DNA of 64,000 nt from Macrostomum lignano (lineage: Eukaryota): contig NIVC01001374.1 in the NCBI GenBank assembly GCA_002269645.1, positions 62,001 through 126,000 on the forward strand. The letters are read 5' to 3'. Position numbers and translations under genes: made by a program. Position 1 is the stretch's first letter, and every line of letters starts with the position of its first letter. Below the pieces are notes generated by a model. The model saw only the letters and a list, made by a program, of their open reading frames with translations. It did not search any database and was not told the DNA's origin. Below, piece after piece: positions 59,304 to 64,000 of the stretch.

Positions 59304-59984
59304 GTGAGTGTGCTTATTTTATCTTAGTACAACAGCGGCCAAAAAAAAGTAAAACAGGTTCTGTTCCTCTTTTTATATCTTGATTTTTCATTATGAATGT
59401 TTTGTAAGGCTGTGTATCCAATGTAATTCAATCTGTCTGTTGCCAAACAGGCGTTACCTGCCCGGAGTTAATGATCCAAAATGTTACGGCTGTTTGCACC
59501 ATTGTACGAGTATATTTTGTATAAACTCGTAAATCGTTTTGCTGTGCCTTATAATAATGAAAAATTCATTTATTTTTTTATGTGTCCAATGTGTCAGTTT
59601 GATTCTTATTGTTCTAATCATATTGCTAAATTCTTTGTAAATACTCGTATATTCATCGATTGCATTGTTATATATTCAATTTTAGCGCTGGCTCGCGTGA
59701 AAATATTTATCTGTACATGTATATAGTTGGTATTGGCTCTATATACGAAAATTTGATTCAGTGTGCGCACTATTGTAGCGGCAGCTTAGTGATCCCTCGA
59801 CTGATAATTTGAGTCTTTAAATTGACCAATTCGACTTTACCTGATTGATCAACGATGGTTTATTTTAATCGAACTGGTTTTTATCTTTATTGTTTTGCGT
59901 TGTCTTTTATCTATCCTGGTTTTTGCTTTCTTTTGCTCCTCGAAGAAATCAGAGCGTGTAAAAAGTAAATAGGATTTAGTGCAT

Positions 59985-60875
59985 CCGCTCCTATCAATCC
60001 CAAGGTCATTCTGCCACTCCTCTCAATCCCAAGGTCATTCCGCCACTCCTCTCAATCCCAAGGTCATTCCGCCACTCCTCTCAATCCCAAGGTCATTCCG
60101 CCACTCCTCTCAATCCCAAGGTCATTTCACCACTCCTCTCAATCCCAAGATCATTTCACCACTCCTCTCAATCCCAAGGTCATTCCGCCACTCCTCTCAA
60201 TCCCAAGGTCATTTCACCACTCCTCTCAATCCCAAGATCATTTCACCACTCCTCTCAATCCCAAGGTCATTCCGCCACTCCTCTCAATCCCAAGGTCATT
60301 TCACCACTCCTCTCAATCCCAAGATCATTTCACCACTCCTCTCAATCCCAAGGTCATTCCGCCACTCCTCTCAATCCCAAGGTCATTTCACCACTCCTCT
60401 CAATCCCAAGATCATTTCACCACTCCTCTCAATCCCAAGGTCATTCCGCCACTCCTCTCAATCCCAAGGTCATTCCGTCACTCCTCTTAATCCCAAGGTC
60501 ATTCCGCCACTCCTCTTAATCCCAAGGTCATTCCGCCACTCCTCTCACCCAAGGTCATTCCGTCACTCCTCTCAATCCCAAGGTCATTCCGTCACTCCTC
60601 TCAATCCCAAGGTCATTCCGTCACTCCTCTCAATCCCAAGGTCATTCCGCCACTCCTCTCACCCAAGGTCATTCCGTCACTCCTCTCAATCCCAAGGTCA
60701 TTCCGCCACTCCTCTCAATCCCAAGGTCATTCCGTCACTCCTCTCAATCCCAAGGTCATTCCACCACTCCTCTCACCCAAGGTTATTTCGCCACTCCTCT
60801 CACCCAAGGTCATTCCGTCACTCCTCTCAATCCCAAGGTCATTCATTCCGCCACTCCTCTCAATCCCAAGGTCAT
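59985..60875. repeat. 29-bp minisatellite
   Basis: Unit CCAAGGTCATTCCGCCACTCCTCTCAATC, about 30 copies, between the converging catenin and glucanase genes. Confidence 0.95.
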
Positions 60876-61848
60876 TTAGTATCGGCTAACGCACTAAACT
60901 TCTGTTACCATATACTTGTGAAAAATTTGAGCAGTCTCCAATTGATATTGGGATACTATATTAAAACGCATAATGCTTTTTTAACTCATGTTTCTGAGAT
61001 ATTGGCATTCTAATGCTGTTTTTGGCGTACTGCTTCTACCTGCTAATCAAAGCTTCCTGTTATTGTGTTATTTTTATTATAAAATGGAATTTTGCGAAAA
61101 AAAACTGTTTTCTTTACTATTAGATATTAAAGCGAAAGATTTATATCGATATGTATGTTTTGTGATTGCGTACACAGGTTTTTTTGCGTGACGCTTGCGT
61201 TAACGCTCTATTGGAATTTTGTATCTTTTGTCAAATGCATGGCTGCGCGGTGTTTCAATTTTTTGCTAACATAATTCATAATTATTATTATTTTTGGCAT
61301 GTAAAAAATCTTTAGTCGACCATGTCAGTAGTAGACTATACATTTTATGTAGAAAGACTTTAGGCTAACCTCTAGCGTACTTTCCTGAAATCTAATTGGT
61401 TTCATTGTTCATTGTTTTTTCAAAATGAACAAATTTAAAATAAGCCGTTAAGCATGAAAATTCTTTAATAATAATTGGATTGCATCCTTATATATATATA
61501 TACACTCTACATTACCTTTGCTTGCACGGCAAACTGTGTGTGAAAAAGTTAATAAATTTTTCTGGTTTCATCGCTTTTTTTCTACAAATAAATGATTGTT
61601 GCTTCCTTTAATTAGTTTTTCACAATAAAAATATTGAAAAGGCCAAAGAGAGCTACTAAGTAGTAGGCAGGTTAGCACAGTCACCACGTAAATTTATAGC
61701 TATCTATATATATTTATAGAAACATTATTAAGGCTTCATTAATTATTGTACAGTTATTCGCACATTGAAACATTTTTCTTGCTGCTGTCACATAATTAGA
61801 TTAGCGTGTTGCTAGCTACTATTAGAAGTAGTTCGCATTGAACCGGTT

Positions 61849-63545
61849 TCAAACTCGCTGGTAGACCCGGATGTAATCCACCTGCATAGCCGTCTGGTCG
61901 TTGCCCACTCCGCCCCAGGTTCGCTCCCAGACGCCGCGTTTCTCCCAGAATTCGCGCATCTGAGTTGGCGATCCCTTCGCCCACGGCTTGGCACCGTTGG
62001 CTCCGTTGCTGCAGCCGTCCGGGAAGAAGTCGCCACCGATGGCCACGTTCAGGATGAGATGGAACGGCTGGTCGAATGGCGCCATCCGGTTGCCGCCGGC
62101 CCACAGGTTGTTGCCCTGGAAGTTGCCGAGCTTCCAGAAGCCGCCAGCGTCTGGCCGGATCGCTCCGATGAACACGTCGTCAACCTTGTAGGCGATGTAG
62201 CTGTCTGACCACTCCAGCTCGTACTTGTGGAAGGACTCCGTGTAGGGGTTGGAATAGTCGTCCTTTGTCCAGGCGGTCAGATCCCAGCGGTTCTGACCCG
62301 GGTGAGGTCCCCAGTGCAAAGTGGATCCCATGTGCTTGTTGCCGATGTGCTTGTTGCCGCAGCTGAAATCGGTGTTGCCGCGAATCTCCACCAGGTCGAT
62401 CTCGCCAGACATTGGCCAGCCGCCGTATTTCCAGTCTGTCGGCAGCATCCAGATGGCTGGCCACAGCCAGTCACCCTTGGGCATCTTGGCCGACACCTCC
62501 AGACGACCGTAGCGGAAGGAGAAAGACTGGGAGGTGCGCATCCTGGCTGACTGCATTGGATTCAGGATGTCCACGCCAGCGGAGATCATGCAGCCGCCGT
62601 CGATGTTCATATCGGGCTGGCAGCCCTGCTCCCAGAGGTTAAGACTGCCTGAAATGTGCGTTTTTTTAAAGCAAGCTCAGTTCCCTTATTTGGTTGTTTA
62701 CACGTGTTCGTGGTGCGGCATGTTCTAACCGCCAAGGTCTTCTATAGGTTTTTCTGGTCAAGTAGACTGGTATCATGACCGATACATGACATGATGACCG
62801 ATCCGCACCCTTGTGTTTGTTATACCTGTGCAGAAAAGATTTATACATGGAAACGAACGACTCTGCTACTTAAAATGCTCTTGACTTGGTCTTTTGGTTT
62901 TGGATGCAGGAGTAGGTTACGCAACGGTCTCAGCACTGTACAAGCTGTATGCTCGTACGCAGGGGCTTGATAGTCTCATACACTTGGCTACCTTGCTGGA
63001 TCAGTGGATTAACCAAAAAGAGAAGCCTTCTCACCTCTATAAAGAAAGTCGTTGCCGTACTCGCTAGCCGTGGACGATGGCTTGATGTAGAGCTTGCCAT
63101 TTCGTACGTAGCTATTCTTGCGACTGTTTCTGTAGTACTGGAACTCGTGGTTACCGCCGCGCCAGCCGGTGACGAGGTGCTGCCAACGGCGCTCGTCTAG
63201 AGTGTTGAAGTCCTCCTGAAAGATGAGCTTCTCGTTGACGGCACAATTGGCCGGGCCGGCGATCCGGTAGCGATTGTTCTCCGGCTTGCTGTTGCCGCTC
63301 TTTAGCCAGCAGGTGAGGCGGCACTGCGGACAGTTCTGGTCAGTTGGCGGCGACCAGGAGAAGAACCTGCAGCCGGGCCTGAGCTGGCAGTGTCGCTGAC
63401 AGGCCTCGGCCGAGGCCACTCCAGTGATGGTGCCGGAGTTCAAGTCGTCGCCGGTGTAGTCAAGTCCGTACTCGAGACAGACCCGATGGCCTTCGGCAGC
63501 TCCGAAGGCGACTAGAGCTAGAATAGCTAGGATGCGAGCTGGCAT
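61849..63545 (-). CDS. Secreted beta-1,3-glucanase (GH16 laminarinase-like) with N-terminal PAN/Apple domain, 436 aa, 2 exons
   Basis: Exon 1 is 63545-63035 and exon 2 is 62648-61849 (phase-1 GT-AG intron). Signal peptide MPARILAILALVAFGAAEG; PAN-like aa 23-101 (C..YGLDYTGDDL..SAEACQRHC..GCRFFSW..CWLK); GH16 motifs LIFQEDF, GGNHEFQYY, NPMQSARMRT, YGRLEVSAKMPKGDWLWPAIWMLP, SGEIDLVE, APFDQPFHLILNVAIGG, MQVDYIRVYQ. Confidence 0.93.
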
Positions 63546-64000
63546 GGTTCTGCTGTTGCTGCCGAATACAGCAGTCTGTGCCGGATTGTGGCTTACCTTT
63601 ATACCTTTTCTCAGGGTCGGCAGGTGGGGTTGGAGGGCAAAGTTTGAGTAAGACGTTGCTCCAACGCAATCGATAAGCAGGTGGTTCTCGCAGGTTGTTT
63701 TTTCCCAGGTGTCAGGGGGGGGGCGGTTTTTGGTAATAATGTCACGTTGTAAAATAAATACTGCATTGCATTGCATTCATGCCCTGATTTGCCAATCGCC
63801 CAGCTATGGGGCCACTCGGTTCGGTTAGCAAGCACCTGAAGTGAGTACTATGCCATTGCTTAGCGGTGTTTTCCTTTGTTTTGTCCTAGATTAGCTTGGG
63901 AAAATTCTTGTATCGAAGGGGTGTGCTGCAAGGGCAGTCTTATCTGTGCCGTTTGAAATATGGCCTGCTATTGCGTTTTCCAGAAAATATCTTTAAAAAA

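Overview
Metazoan eukaryotic genomic DNA: GT-AG introns, GC-rich exons in AT-rich background, and minisatellite arrays in most large introns. This style is reminiscent of a free-living flatworm such as Macrostomum, which is inference only. I reconstructed four host genes: an intronless, probably N-acylated globin (minus, 13829-14584); SPT16/FACT large subunit (plus, 10 exons, 23525-33119, 1047 aa); a p120/delta-catenin armadillo protein ending in DSWV (plus, 9 exons, 46715-59303); and a secreted PAN/Apple-GH16 beta-1,3-glucanase (minus, 2 exons, 61849-63545). Mobile DNA includes an intact Ty3/Gypsy element (35328-43514; LTRs differ at 2 of 377 nt, CTAG TSD, tRNA-Gln PBS). Its single Gag-Pol ORF carries an apparent cold-shock domain between the CCHC knuckle and the protease, which is the top finding. 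Also present: a 5'-inverted RTE-like LINE with a 19-bp array at the inversion junction, a deleted Tc1-like element with a nested hAT MITE, an orphan LTR with a tRNA-Leu PBS, a Penelope-like fragment, a tRNA/CORE-type SINE and several MITEs. About 20 tandem arrays explain most remaining ORF-track entries. No CRISPR, rRNA or intact tRNA was seen.
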